DNA of 5,761 nucleotides from a virus (Duplodnaviria; Heunggongvirae; Uroviricota; Caudoviricetes): IMG/VR virus record IMGVR_UViG_2675903559_000015; one strand, 5' to 3'. Shown piece by piece: positions 5,604 to 5,761 of this stretch (position 1 is its first letter; each line of letters starts with the position of its first letter). The notes under the pieces were generated by a model. It saw only the letters and a program-made list of their open reading frames with translations, ran no database searches and was not told where the DNA came from. The position numbers and the translations under genes were made by a program.

Positions 5604-5730
5604 ATGGCATTTAAACACTATGATGTTGTCAGGGCGGCGCCGCCGTCAGATCTTGCGGAAAAGCTGACACATAAACTGAAAGAGGGCTGGCAGCCGTTTG
5701 GTAGTCCGGTGGCCATAACCCCTTATACCC
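5604..5730 (+). pseudogene. First 42 codons of a plus-strand late-region gene (MAFKHYDVVRAAPPSDLAEKLTHKLKEGWQPFGSPVAITPYT), truncated by IS600 at 5731; recalled as resembling the DUF1737 N-terminus of prophage NanS-p-type esterases, unverified
   Basis: Hand translation from ATG 5604, with ggtggaaaga upstream; the frame runs directly into the IS600 inverted repeat. Family assignment is from memory only. Confidence 0.45.
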
Positions 5731-5761
5731 TGAGGTGTACTGGCAATAGCGGACACTACCA
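5731..5761 (-). mobile_element. Second IS600 copy, same orientation as the first; only the first 31 bp are inside the window
   Basis: 5731-5761 is identical to 3398-3428 (the IS600 inverted repeat that starts TGAGGTGTACTGG). Confidence 0.75.

Noticed and set aside
5464-5667. 67-aa plus-strand ORF
   Set aside because: Out of frame with, and overlapping, the better-supported start at 5604; AT-rich low-complexity translation.
1-5761. Shiga toxin genes (stxA/stxB), expected from the Stx-phage-like tRNA and terminator context
   Set aside because: No ORF in any frame resembles StxA or StxB. The slot after the argO terminator holds the repeat and IS600 instead.

Overview
This 5.8-kb window reads as a mosaic fragment of a lambdoid, Shiga-toxin-phage-like prophage late region from an enterobacterial genome (E. 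coli/Shigella type), rearranged by IS600. No toxin gene, Q antiterminator gene, integrase or CRISPR array is present. All calls are from reading the sequence by eye; no searches were run.

Layout, left to right:
- 11-32: terminator-like hairpin.
- 153-350: 65-aa small ORF.
- 501-1559: beta-class DNA N6-adenine/N4-cytosine methyltransferase (DPPY motif upstream of FxGxG).
- 1600-1849: intact tRNA cluster Ile(CAU)-Arg(UCG)-Arg(UCU), the ileZ-argN-argO type.
- 1850-2462: AT-rich island with a 117-codon ORF and a 28-codon hydrophobic mini-ORF.
- 2463-2751: 289-bp structured repeat, copy A, ending in a strong intrinsic terminator.
- 2753-2953: second copy of the tRNA cluster, with ileZ cut down to its 3' 27 nt.
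- 2968-2993: terminator after argO, followed by a diverged partial repeat copy B (2989-3208).
- 3398-4661: complete IS600 (1264 bp, minus strand), with no matching target-site duplication.
- 4710-4998: repeat copy C, identical to A.
- 4999-5603: AT-rich island with a 111-codon minus-strand ORF.
- 5604-5730: first 42 codons of a late gene, cut by a second IS600 that starts at 5731 and runs off the window.

The strongest unexplained signal is the thrice-repeated 289-bp element; I could not assign it a function. The two AT-rich cargo islands sit where Stx phages carry the toxin genes.
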